A DNA stretch of 64,000 nucleotides from Acidimicrobiia bacterium (GTDB lineage Bacteria; Actinomycetota; Acidimicrobiia; IMCC26256; JAMXLJ01): the NCBI GenBank assembly GCA_035651955.1, contig DASRES010000038.1, positions 767 to 64,766 of the forward strand. The letters run 5' to 3'. The notes beneath the pieces are model-generated. The model was not told the DNA's origin. It saw nothing but the letters and a program-made list of their open reading frames with translations, and ran no database searches. A program made the translations under genes and the position numbers. Positions 43,198 to 52,722 of the stretch are shown in pieces; positions within the stretch are counted from its first letter, which is position 1; the number at the start of each line of letters is the position of its first letter.

Positions 43198-44282
43198 CCG
43201 AGGCGCTGCGGCACAGCCCACTCGACGAACGCCATCGCGAGCTCGGCGCGCGCATGGCCGAGTTCGGCGGCTGGGAGATGCCGATCCAGTACACCGGCGT
43301 GCTCGAGGAGCACCGCGCCTGCCGCCAGCGTGCCGTCGTGTTCGACGTGTCGCACCTGGGCTCGGTCGCCGTGCGCGGCCCAGGCGCGTTCGACGCGCTG
43401 CAGTGGGCCTTCACGAACGACCTCCGACGCATCGGCCCGGGGCGGGCGCAGTACACGCACCTGCTCGACGAGGTGGACGCGCACGTCGTGGACGACGTGA
43501 TCGTGTGGTGGGTCGCGGACGACGAGTTCCTCGTCATGCCGAACGCGTCGAACACCGCACCCCTCGTCGACGCGCTCCGCGACGCGGCCCGGCAGGCCGG
43601 CGGCGAGGAGTGCACGGTCGACGACGTCACGGGCGAGCGGGCCGTCCTCGCCGTCCAGGGCCCGGCCGCCCGCGAGCTGCTCGCGGAGGTCGCGCCGGAT
43701 GCCGCCGGGACGGCACGGTTCGCGGTGCGGCCGTTGGTGTGGCACGGCGAGGCCGGCTGGGTCGCGGGCACGGGCTACACGGGTGAGGACGGCGTCGAGC
43801 TGCACGTGCCCGTTGCCGTCGCTGGCTCGTGCTGGGACGCGCTGCTCGCCGCCGGCATCACCCCGGCGGGGCTCGGCGCCCGCGACACGTTGCGCCTCGA
43901 GATGGGCCTCCCGCTCCACGGCCACGAGCTCGGGCCCGGGATCACGCCGTACCAGGCCGGCCTGGGCTGGGTCGTCCGGCCCGACAAGGGCCCCTTCCGC
44001 GGTCACGAGGCGTTGCAGGCCGAGGAACGGGCCGGCGTGTCACGGCGGCTCCGTGGCCTGCTGCTCGACGGCCGCCAGATCCCGCGGTCGGGCTACCGCG
44101 TGTCGCGGCACGGGGAGCGGGTCGGCGAGGTCACGAGCGGGAACTTCTCGCCGACGCTCGAGCGGGGCATCGCGCTCGCGTTCCTGCATCCCGACATCGG
44201 CATCGGCGAGGTGGTCGACGTCGACGTGCGCGGGCGGAGCGTCCCGGCAGCCGTGACCAAACCTCCGTTCGTGCACAGGTAG
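43194..44282 (+). CDS. gcvT: Glycine cleavage system T protein (aminomethyltransferase)
   Basis: Track ORF 43194..44282. Sequence: SPLDERHRELGARMAEFGGWEMPIQYTGVLEEHRACRQRAVVFDVSHLG…GTGYTGEDGVEL. Confidence 0.9.
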   Translation: MTEALRHSPLDERHRELGARMAEFGGWEMPIQYTGVLEEHRACRQRAVVFDVSHLGSVAVRGPGAFDALQWAFTNDLRRIGPGRAQYTHLLDEVDAHVVDDVIVWWVADDEFLVMPNASNTAPLVDALRDAARQAGGEECTVDDVTGERAVLAVQGPAARELLAEVAPDAAGTARFAVRPLVWHGEAGWVAGTGYTGEDGVELHVPVAVAGSCWDALLAAGITPAGLGARDTLRLEMGLPLHGHELGPGITPYQAGLGWVVRPDKGPFRGHEALQAEERAGVSRRLRGLLLDGRQIPRSGYRVSRHGERVGEVTSGNFSPTLERGIALAFLHPDIGIGEVVDVDVRGRSVPAAVTKPPFVHR

Positions 44283-44348
44283 GCGGGATCGCCGTTCGGC
44301 GGGAGTAGGCGGGGTCGCCGTTCAGCGGGAGCAGGCGAGCGAGCGGAG
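44280..44348 (+). repeat. 26-bp tandem repeat (about 2.6 copies) starting at the gcvT stop codon
   Basis: TAGGCGGGATCGCCGTTCGGCGGGAG / TAGGCGGGGTCGCCGTTCAGCGGGAG / CAGGCGAGCGAGCGGAG, read directly in the 133-nt gcvT-gcvPA spacer. Confidence 0.65.
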
Positions 44349-44415
44349 CACGGGATCGCGGGTTGCGGGCGTTGGTCCGCGAGACTGGGCAGGCGGACCC
44401 ACGAGAGGGAGGCGG

Positions 44416-45759
44416 ATGGGCCACTACGTCCCGCACACCGACGCCGAGATCGCGGCGATGCTCGAGTTCCTCGGCCTCGCGTCGCTCGACGACCTCTACG
44501 CGCACATCCCCGACGCCGTCCGCCTCGCCGGTGGCCTCGATGTCGCGCCGGGCGCGTCGGAGTCCGACGTCCTGCGCGCGATGGAGGATCTCGCCGGGGC
44601 GAACCGGCCCGCGGTGGGCGGGCTGGTGTCGTTCGCCGGGTTCGGCGCGTACGAGCACGAGCTGCCGGCGGCCGTGCGCGCGCTCACGTTCCGCAGCGAG
44701 TTCGTCACGTCGTACACGCCGTACCAGGCCGAGCTCTCCCAGGGCGTGCTCCAGGCGCTGTTCGAGTACCAGACGATGGTGTGCGCGCTGTTCGGGCTCG
44801 ACGTCGCGAACGCGTCGCTCTACGACGCCGCGTCCGCGGCGGTCGAAGGCCTCAACCTCGCGGCCGCGGCGACGAAGCGGCGGGTCGCGTGGGTGTCGGC
44901 CGCGGTGCATCCGCACGTGCGCGACGTCGTACGGACGCTGACCGGCCCGCGGCTCGAGATCCGCGAGGCGCCCGTGGTCGACGGCGTGACGCGCTGGCCC
45001 GACGAGCTCGGCGAGCCGGCCGCGCTGCTCGTCGCGCACCCGAACGTGTTCGGCTGCATCGAGGACGTGGGCGACGCCGCCCGTCGCGCGCACGACGCCG
45101 GGGCGCTGCTCGTCGCGCAGGCGGATCCGGTCGCCGCGGGCCTGTTGCGGTCGGTCGGTGACCTCGGCGCGGACGTCGCGGTGGGGGAGGGGCAGCCGTT
45201 CGGAACCCCGGTCGGGTTCGGCGGCCCGTACGTCGGTCTGTTCGCGACGCGCCACGCGCCGTACGTGCGGCGCTGGCTCCCCGGTCGTCTCGTCGGCGAG
45301 ACGACCGACGAGGACGGGCGGCGCGCGTTCGTCCTGACGCTGTCGACCCGCGAGCAGCACATCCGGCGCGCGGAGGCGTCGTCGAACGTCTGCACGAACC
45401 AGACGCTGATCGCGATCGCGGCCGCGATCCATCTCGCGTGGCTCGGACCGCATGGCCTGCGCGAGCTCGCACTGCGATGCGCGCGTGGCGCGCGGTACGC
45501 GCGCGAGCAGCTGCTGCGGATCCCCGCGGTCGAGCCGGCAACGAGCGCACCGACGTTGTACGAGTTCGCGCTGCGCACGCCCGTTGCCGCCGACCTCGTG
45601 CTCGAGCGTCTCGCGGAGGAGGGCTACCTCGGCGGCGTCGCGCTCGGCGAGCACTACCCGGGCATGGACGACTGCGTGCTGCTCGCGGTGACCGAGACGC
45701 GCACGCGTGCGGAGGTCGACGACTTCGCGACCGCGTTCGAGAAGGCGGTGCGGTCATGA
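44416..45759 (+). CDS. gcvPA: Glycine dehydrogenase (decarboxylating) subunit 1
   Basis: Track ORF 44416..45759. Sequence: YVPHTDAEIAAMLEFLGL…FAGFGAYEHELPAAV…TSYTPYQAELSQGVLQALFEYQTM. Confidence 0.9.
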   Translation: MGHYVPHTDAEIAAMLEFLGLASLDDLYAHIPDAVRLAGGLDVAPGASESDVLRAMEDLAGANRPAVGGLVSFAGFGAYEHELPAAVRALTFRSEFVTSYTPYQAELSQGVLQALFEYQTMVCALFGLDVANASLYDAASAAVEGLNLAAAATKRRVAWVSAAVHPHVRDVVRTLTGPRLEIREAPVVDGVTRWPDELGEPAALLVAHPNVFGCIEDVGDAARRAHDAGALLVAQADPVAAGLLRSVGDLGADVAVGEGQPFGTPVGFGGPYVGLFATRHAPYVRRWLPGRLVGETTDEDGRRAFVLTLSTREQHIRRAEASSNVCTNQTLIAIAAAIHLAWLGPHGLRELALRCARGARYAREQLLRIPAVEPATSAPTLYEFALRTPVAADLVLERLAEEGYLGGVALGEHYPGMDDCVLLAVTETRTRAEVDDFATAFEKAVRS

Positions 45760-47285
45760 CGCGCAACGCGCCCGAGATCCTGCGCGACGCGAACGCGGGG
45801 CAGGCGTGGTCGGCGTCGGTGATGGGACGTCACGACGAGCCGGTGGTGTTCGAGCTGTCGTCGCCCGGCCGGCGCGCGTGGTCGTTCCGCGAGACCGGCA
45901 TGCCCGAGTGGGATGCCGGCGATCTGGTCCCTGCGGGCCACCTCGCGGACGATCCTCCCGCGCTGCCCGAGGTGTCGGAGCGGGACCTCGTCGCGCACGT
46001 CACCCGTCTCACCCAGCGCAACTACTCGGTCGACCTCGGCGCGTACCCGCTCGGCTCGTGCACGATGAAGTACAACCCGAAGCTGTGCGACGTCGCGTCG
46101 TCGCTGCCGGGGCTGACGGGCGTGCATCCCGCGCAGCCCGCGGAGCAGACCCAGGGTTGGATGCGGCTGCTCGTCGAGCTCGAGGACGTCTTGTGCCGCA
46201 TCACGGGGATGGCGGCCGCCACGCTGCAACCCGCCGCGGGCGCGCAAGGCGAGCTCACCGGTCTGCTGCTGATGCGCGCCTGGCACGAGGCGCAGGGCGC
46301 GGCGCGCAGCAAGGTCCTGATCCCGGACTCCGCGCACGGCACGAACCCGGCGTCGGTCACGCTCGGCGGGTACCGGACGGTCGAGGTGCCGTCCGACGGG
46401 CGCGGGCTCGTCGACCTCGACGCGCTGCGCGCGCTCGTCGACGACGACGTCGCCGGCCTGATGCTCACCAACCCGAACACGCTCGGGCTCTTCGAGACCG
46501 ACATCGTCGAGATCGCGCGCGCCGTCCACGAGGCCGGCGGGCTCCTCTACTACGACGGCGCCAATCTCAACGCGATCCTCGGCGAGGTGCGGCCCGGCGA
46601 CATGGGCTTCGACATCGTGCACATGAACCTGCACAAGACGTTCGCGGTGCCGCACGGTGGGGGAGGGCCGGGCGCCGGTCCGGTGGCGGTCGCGCCGCGG
46701 CTGGTCGAGTTCCTGCCGGGCCCGCGACCGGTGCTCGACGAGCCGACGAACCGGTACGTGTGGACGACACCACCGCGCTCGATCGGCCGCATCCACGGCT
46801 GGCACGGCAACGCGCTCGCGCTGGCGCGCGCCTACTCGTACATCCTCGCCAACGGCGGCGACGGCTTGCAGCGCGTCGCGCAGGCCGCGGTGTTGAACGC
46901 GCGGTACCTGAAGGAGCGTGTACGCGACGTGTTCGAGCTCCCGTACGACGAGCCGTGCATGCACGAGTTCGTCGCGTCGGCGTCGAACGTCAAGCGCGAC
47001 ACCGGCGTGAAGGCCCTCGATCTCGCGAAGCGGCTCATCGAGGAGGGCTTCCACCCGCCGACGATGTACTTCCCGCTCATCGTCGACGAGGCGCTCATGG
47101 TCGAGCCGACCGAGACCGAGAGCCCGCAGACCGTTGAGGCGATGGCACAGGCGTTCGAGCACATCGTGGAGGAGGCGCGACGCGACGGCGGCGAAGCCGC
47201 GCGTGCGGCACCGCGCACGACGCCCGTCTCACGCGTCGACGAGGTCCGGGCCGCCAAGGAGCTCAGGCTGCGCTGGACGCCGTAA
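45756..47285 (+). CDS. gcvPB: Glycine dehydrogenase (decarboxylating) subunit 2
   Basis: Distal part of track ORF 45438..47285. ATG 45756 overlaps the gcvPA stop (ATGA). Sequence: YPLGSCTMKYNPK…IPDSAHGTNPAS…HMNLHKTFAVPHGGGGPG (PLP-Lys in HKTF). Confidence 0.9.
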   Translation: MTRNAPEILRDANAGQAWSASVMGRHDEPVVFELSSPGRRAWSFRETGMPEWDAGDLVPAGHLADDPPALPEVSERDLVAHVTRLTQRNYSVDLGAYPLGSCTMKYNPKLCDVASSLPGLTGVHPAQPAEQTQGWMRLLVELEDVLCRITGMAAATLQPAAGAQGELTGLLLMRAWHEAQGAARSKVLIPDSAHGTNPASVTLGGYRTVEVPSDGRGLVDLDALRALVDDDVAGLMLTNPNTLGLFETDIVEIARAVHEAGGLLYYDGANLNAILGEVRPGDMGFDIVHMNLHKTFAVPHGGGGPGAGPVAVAPRLVEFLPGPRPVLDEPTNRYVWTTPPRSIGRIHGWHGNALALARAYSYILANGGDGLQRVAQAAVLNARYLKERVRDVFELPYDEPCMHEFVASASNVKRDTGVKALDLAKRLIEEGFHPPTMYFPLIVDEALMVEPTETESPQTVEAMAQAFEHIVEEARRDGGEAARAAPRTTPVSRVDEVRAAKELRLRWTP

Positions 47286-47293
47286 GCGTCGAG

Positions 47294-47334
47294 ATGCGGC
47301 ACTCACGTACGCAATGCGTACGTGAGTGCCGCAT
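47294..47334. terminator. Bidirectional terminator candidate: perfect 20-bp-arm palindrome ATGCGGCACTCACGTACGCA-a-TGCGTACGTGAGTGCCGCAT
   Basis: Read directly. It fills almost the whole 51-nt gap between the convergent gcvPB (stop 47285) and the response regulator (stop 47337). Confidence 0.6.
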
Positions 47335-47336
47335 GT

Positions 47337-48524
47337 TCACGTTGGGAGCGCGTCGACGGACGAGTCGACGGGGACCGACACGAGCAGCGGCTCGCGCAGC
47401 TCGAGGCGCGTCGGCCAGTTGCGCAGGCGCTCGCGCATCCCTGCGGTGAACGGCTGTCCGCGCGCCGCGAGCAGCATGCCGTTCGCGGCGACGAGATCAC
47501 GCGCGAGCACGGCACCGACCGGGACGTCGTCGAGCTCGTCGAGCGCGATCTCGACGACACGGGTGCGCGCGTTCGCAGCGCGCCGCTCGGCCAGGCGCGC
47601 AAGCAGCTCAGCGTCATACGCGCCGGTCCGGCGTCGCAGGAGCTCCACACCCTCGACCGGTGACCAGCCGCCGCTGCTCTCGATCTCCTCGAGGTCCCGC
47701 GCGATCTTCAGCACGCGCGCGCCGAGCGGGATGCCCGCGCCGACGGGTCCACCCGCCGCGTCCAGCCCGTCGTAGCGGCGGTCCTGGTGGCGGAGGATCG
47801 CGCGGACCGCATCCAGGCGGGGGATCGGGCCGAGCACGCGCTCCGCGACCTCGGGCACCCGGTCGACCATCACCCACTCGCTCGGCGTGAGCGGCGTGCC
47901 GCCGTACAGCTTGTCGACGACGTCGGGCGGCAACGTGACGACACCGATGTCCGCGACCATCGCGGCGACCTCGATCGGCCACCTCTCGTTCTCCGGCAGC
48001 CCGTCGACGAGCTCTCCGACGATCTCGGCGCGGCGGACCGCGTGCGCGAACGCCTTCGGATGCGACAGCGCGAGCGCTTCCGAGAGCGCCCGTATCGTGC
48101 CGCGCAACGTCTGCTCGAGCAGCTCCCGCTCGGCGACGACGAGCCGGTACTGCTCGACGGCGGCGCGCAGGGTGTCGCGCAGCTCGTCCGTCGAGCACGG
48201 CTTGCAGAGGAACCGGAACGTGCCCGCGTGGTTGACTGCGTCGATCGCGGCGTCGACGTCGGCATAGCCGGTCAGCAGGACGCGGACGACGTCGGGGTGC
48301 TCGTCCCGCGCGCGTGCCAGGAGCTCTGTGCCCCGCATGCCGGGCATCATCATGTCCGCCACGACGACCGCGCAGCCGTCGAGCGCGCGCAGAGACCCGA
48401 GCGCGGCGTCGCCGTCGCTCGCGGTGTGCACGTCGAACTCCTGGCGCAGGTGACGGCGCAGGCCGTCGAGCAGCGCGACGTCGTCGTCGACGAGCAGTAC
48501 GGTCGGGCGGGTCGCGTCGGTCAC
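47337..48524 (-). CDS. Response regulator: receiver domain plus degenerate HD-GYP-like domain plus C-terminal domain of unknown function
   Basis: Track ORF 47337..48524. REC: VLLVDDD…VVVADMMMPGMRG…FLCKP. The HD-GYP-like region has AD in place of HD (AAMVADIGVV) and RHQDRRYDGLDAAGGPVGAGIPLGARV in place of HHERxDGxGYP. Confidence 0.8.
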   Translation of the reverse strand: MTDATRPTVLLVDDDVALLDGLRRHLRQEFDVHTASDGDAALGSLRALDGCAVVVADMMMPGMRGTELLARARDEHPDVVRVLLTGYADVDAAIDAVNHAGTFRFLCKPCSTDELRDTLRAAVEQYRLVVAERELLEQTLRGTIRALSEALALSHPKAFAHAVRRAEIVGELVDGLPENERWPIEVAAMVADIGVVTLPPDVVDKLYGGTPLTPSEWVMVDRVPEVAERVLGPIPRLDAVRAILRHQDRRYDGLDAAGGPVGAGIPLGARVLKIARDLEEIESSGGWSPVEGVELLRRRTGAYDAELLARLAERRAANARTRVVEIALDELDDVPVGAVLARDLVAANGMLLAARGQPFTAGMRERLRNWPTRLELREPLLVSVPVDSSVDALPT

Positions 48525-49689
48525 GCGACCCTCCGATCGAGCGATGCCGCGGTGCGCGCCGCGAGCGTCTCCAGCTCGGCGGTACGGGCACCGAGCCCGA
48601 ACGCGTCCAGCGGGTCGTCAGCCTCGTGGGGGAGCGGGGCGTCGCCGTCGAGACGGCGGACGAGCGTGTCGGCGAGATACACGGCGTCGGTGATCTCGAT
48701 GACGGGGATCTCGTCGCCACCCGCGATGAGCGGCGCCATGTGCTGGCGGGCGACGGCCTCGACGATCGGCTGGGGCAGGCCCCACATCGCGAGCAGCGAG
48801 GCGCCGATCTGGTTCAGTGTCGCGCCGAGCACCTCGTCGTCATCGTCGCGGGCCGTGGACGTCGTCTCGTCCGACGCGACGACCAGCCGGCCGACGTCGA
48901 GCATCAACCCGGCCGCGAACGCGGCGTGCGCGCTCGTCGGATCGGAGACGAGCTCGCGCGCGAGCGTGGCGACGACCAGTGACCGGCGTGCGACGCGCGT
49001 GAGCGTCGTCTCGTCGAGGCCGGGGCCGTCCGCGCGCACCAGCAGCCCCTCGCCGAGGAAGATCGCGCGCAACGCCTCGACCCCGAGGTAGCGGACCGCG
49101 GTGCGCACATCGGCGCGTCCGCCACCCGGCAGGCCGAAGAACGACGAGTTGACGATCTGCAGCAGCTTCGCGGTCGCGGCGACGTCCTCGACGAGCGCGG
49201 CGGCGATCGCGTCCGTCGTCGGCGCGGGCCCGTCGAGGAGCGCGACGAGCGCGTCGGCGGTGTGCGCGGGCGTCGGGAGCGCGGCGATGCGCCCGACGCC
49301 CCGGCGCAGCGACGCGTCGACCACGAGATCGTGGAACATCAGGCCCCGCCCGATCGTGCTCTTCAGGTCCGCGCCGTTGCACGGCTTCGACCGGAACTGG
49401 TGCGCGACGGGGAGCGCGCGCAGCGCGAGATCGCGGTCGGTGTGCCCGGAGAGGACGATGCGCAGGGTCTCGGGCCGGCGCTCGCGCGCGATCGCGAGCA
49501 GCTCGGCGCCGTCCATCCCGGGCATGAGCATGTCGGTGACGATCGCGTCGAACGGCTCGTCGTCGAGCTGCGCGACCGCGTCGTCGCCCGTCGTCGCGGT
49601 GGTCACCGACCACCAGCGTCGCTCGCTGCGCAATGTGCGGTGCATGGCATCGACGACGCGCGACTCGTCGTCGACGACGAGGACACGCT

Positions 49690-49693
<4 letters not shown>
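48521..49693 (-). CDS. Response regulator: receiver domain plus HDOD domain
   Basis: Track ORF 48521..50965 trimmed to GTG 49693, which overlaps the kinase stop (GTGA). REC: VLVVDDE…IVTDMLMPGMDG…FRSKP. HDOD-like: TAKLLQIVNSSFFGLPG…VRYLGVEALR. Confidence 0.8.
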
Positions 49694-50961
<1,268 letters not shown>

Positions 50962-50995
50962 CCACGCCCGGGTTGGTGACTTGACATAACGGGGA

Positions 50996-51066
50996 TTATG
51001 GGCTCTCGGGTTTGCCGACGCCCATAAGCCCGACCCCGCCCGCGCTCAGCGAAGCGTGGGTCGGGC
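50996..51066. other. Two adjacent inverted repeats in a locally AT-richer intergenic region: TTATGGGC-N16-GCCCATAA (50996-51027) and GCCCGACCC-N21-GGGTCGGGC (51028-51066)
   Basis: Read directly, between the kinase operon start (50961) and the NUDIX gene stop (51119). The complement of 50995-51000 is CATAAT, a possible -10 about 30 nt upstream of the kinase GTG. Confidence 0.35.
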
Positions 51067-51118
51067 TGGGGCCTACTGATGCTTCGGTGAAGCGTGACTG
51101 ACCTTTGGCGCGCCCCGC

Positions 51119-51553
51119 TCAGAGCTCGAGCTCCAGGTCGGTGAGGACTTCGTGTTCGGTGAGGAACTCGTAGAGGCCGTCGACGAGCATCAGGTCGGAG
51201 AGCTCGTCGAAGCGGAACCAGGCGGCTTCGGTGGCGTCGTCGCCGGCTACGGGGGTTCCGGGGTCGAGGACGTCGACGACGAAGTCGAGGATGACGAAGT
51301 GGTACGGCTCCGGGTCGGTGCCGATCCGCTCGACCCAGCCGAGGAAGCGTGAGACGACGCCTTCGAGGCCGGTCTCCTCGAGGAGCTCGCGCACGACGGC
51401 CTCGCGCAGGTCCTCGCCGAACTCGACGCGCCCGCCGGGGACCGACCAGCAGCCCTGCGCCGGGCCTCGTCCCCGCCGGACGAGCAACAGCTCGCGGCCG
51501 CGCACGGCGACCGCACCGACCGCGAGCTCGGGTACGTGGTCGACGGCCGTCAC
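51119..51553 (-). CDS. NUDIX hydrolase
   Basis: Track ORF 51119..51667 trimmed to GTG 51553, 5 nt after the upstream GNAT stop. Nudix box: GGRVEFGEDLREAVVRELLEETGL. Confidence 0.8.
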   Translation of the reverse strand: MTAVDHVPELAVGAVAVRGRELLLVRRGRGPAQGCWSVPGGRVEFGEDLREAVVRELLEETGLEGVVSRFLGWVERIGTDPEPYHFVILDFVVDVLDPGTPVAGDDATEAAWFRFDELSDLMLVDGLYEFLTEHEVLTDLELEL

Positions 51554-51557
51554 GACC

Positions 51558-52025
51558 TCACCCGGCCGGCCGGTGCATGACGATCGCCCGAGCCGTGAAA
51601 CCGGAGCCTTCGAAGAAGTTCTTCGCCGCGCGGTGGCCCGGCAGCGCGAGCGCGTCGACGCCGACACAGCGCTGCTCGGCGGTGAACGCGAGCACGCACT
51701 CGATCAGCGACTCGCCGACGCCGACGGCGCGCGCGCCGTCCTCGACGAACAGGTCGGTGACGACGCCGAGGCGCGCGCCGTCGTGCAACGACTCGACGAC
51801 GACGGCGCCGTAGCCGACGACCACGTCGCCGATCGTCCCGACGAAGAGACGCGCGTCGTCACGTTCGAGCAGCGACGCGTACACGTCCTCGAGCGGCTCG
51901 GCCCACGCTTCGCGCTCGGACCACAGTGCCCCGCCGCGCATCGATCGCAGCTCGGCGCGCATCGCGCGCGCGAGCTCGGCGACGCGCGCGACGTCGTCTC
52001 GCGTCGCGCGCCGAGCGGACTCCAT
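51558..52025 (-). CDS. GNAT family N-acetyltransferase
   Basis: Track ORF 51558..52196 trimmed to ATG 52025 (MESARRATRDDVARVAELARAM…). The acetyl-CoA-binding-like segment is LFVEDGARAVGVGESLIECVL. Confidence 0.75.
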   Translation of the reverse strand: MESARRATRDDVARVAELARAMRAELRSMRGGALWSEREAWAEPLEDVYASLLERDDARLFVGTIGDVVVGYGAVVVESLHDGARLGVVTDLFVEDGARAVGVGESLIECVLAFTAEQRCVGVDALALPGHRAAKNFFEGSGFTARAIVMHRPAG

Positions 52026-52032
52026 GGTCCGC

Positions 52033-52722
52033 TCAGTGCGCGAGCTGGTCGATCTTGCCGAGGATCGTCCGACGGCCACGACCGCGCGTCTCGTAGACCC
52101 GGATCGCCTCGAGCTCGTCGTGCCCGAGCCCGGGCAGGCGCTGCACGACCTGCGACGCGGACAGCTCGTCGTAGTCGGGGATCGGCAGCGCGGCATGGAA
52201 CGCGTCGTCGATCGCGGGCTCCGGCGCGCCGTTGACGACCGTCAGGTCCTCGCGGTCGCCGTTCGCGGCGCTCGAGGTTGAGGGCGGCGGCGACGGCGCG
52301 GCGGCCGGCTCGGAGGGCTCCGCCTCCGCCTGCGCGAGGTCCACGACGTCCGCGACGTCCGCCGGACGGGCGACGACGAGGCCCTCGTCGCCTGGAGCCG
52401 ACGTGTCGAGACCACCGCGGTGCACGACGAGCCCGCTGAAGGTCTGCTCGGCGCGCTCGCGTGCCTCGCCGAGGCGTTGCTCGACCTTCTGGCGCACCAT
52501 CGGCGCGCCGTAGTCGACGGCGAACCGTCCGATCGTCTTGGCCTGGCCGATCCTGGACTCGGCCGCGCCACGCTGGTGCTCGATCTCCGCGCGGCCGCGC
52601 GCAGCGAGCGTGTTCCACACCGTGGGAACGGTGTCGCGCGCGAACAGCGCGAGACCGATCGGCGCGTACACCAGGACGTCGAGCGCGCGTTCCACCGGGT
52701 TCTTCTGCTGGTCGTCCGTCAC
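52033..52722 (-). CDS. Hypothetical conserved protein (229 aa), helical N-terminus, Pro/Ala/Ser linker, conserved C-terminal IPDYDELSASQVVQRLPGL…LEAIRVYE module
   Basis: Track ORF 52033..52722. The start overlaps the lnt stop by 4 nt. No function assignable from sequence alone. Confidence 0.65.
   Translation of the reverse strand: MTDDQQKNPVERALDVLVYAPIGLALFARDTVPTVWNTLAARGRAEIEHQRGAAESRIGQAKTIGRFAVDYGAPMVRQKVEQRLGEARERAEQTFSGLVVHRGGLDTSAPGDEGLVVARPADVADVVDLAQAEAEPSEPAAAPSPPPSTSSAANGDREDLTVVNGAPEPAIDDAFHAALPIPDYDELSASQVVQRLPGLGHDELEAIRVYETRGRGRRTILGKIDQLAH

Noticed and set aside
44283-44415. Possible glycine riboswitch in the gcvT-gcvPA spacer. I also looked upstream of gcvH (38091-38199) and of 42709/gcvT.
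   Set aside because: The conserved cores as I remember them (GGAGAG…, CGCCGAAGGGGCAA-like, CUCAGGCAAAAGGAC-like) are not present. Only vague resemblances occur (ACTGGGCAGGCGGAC). The 26-nt tandem units are far too short to be aptamers. This still needs cmsearch to be definitive.
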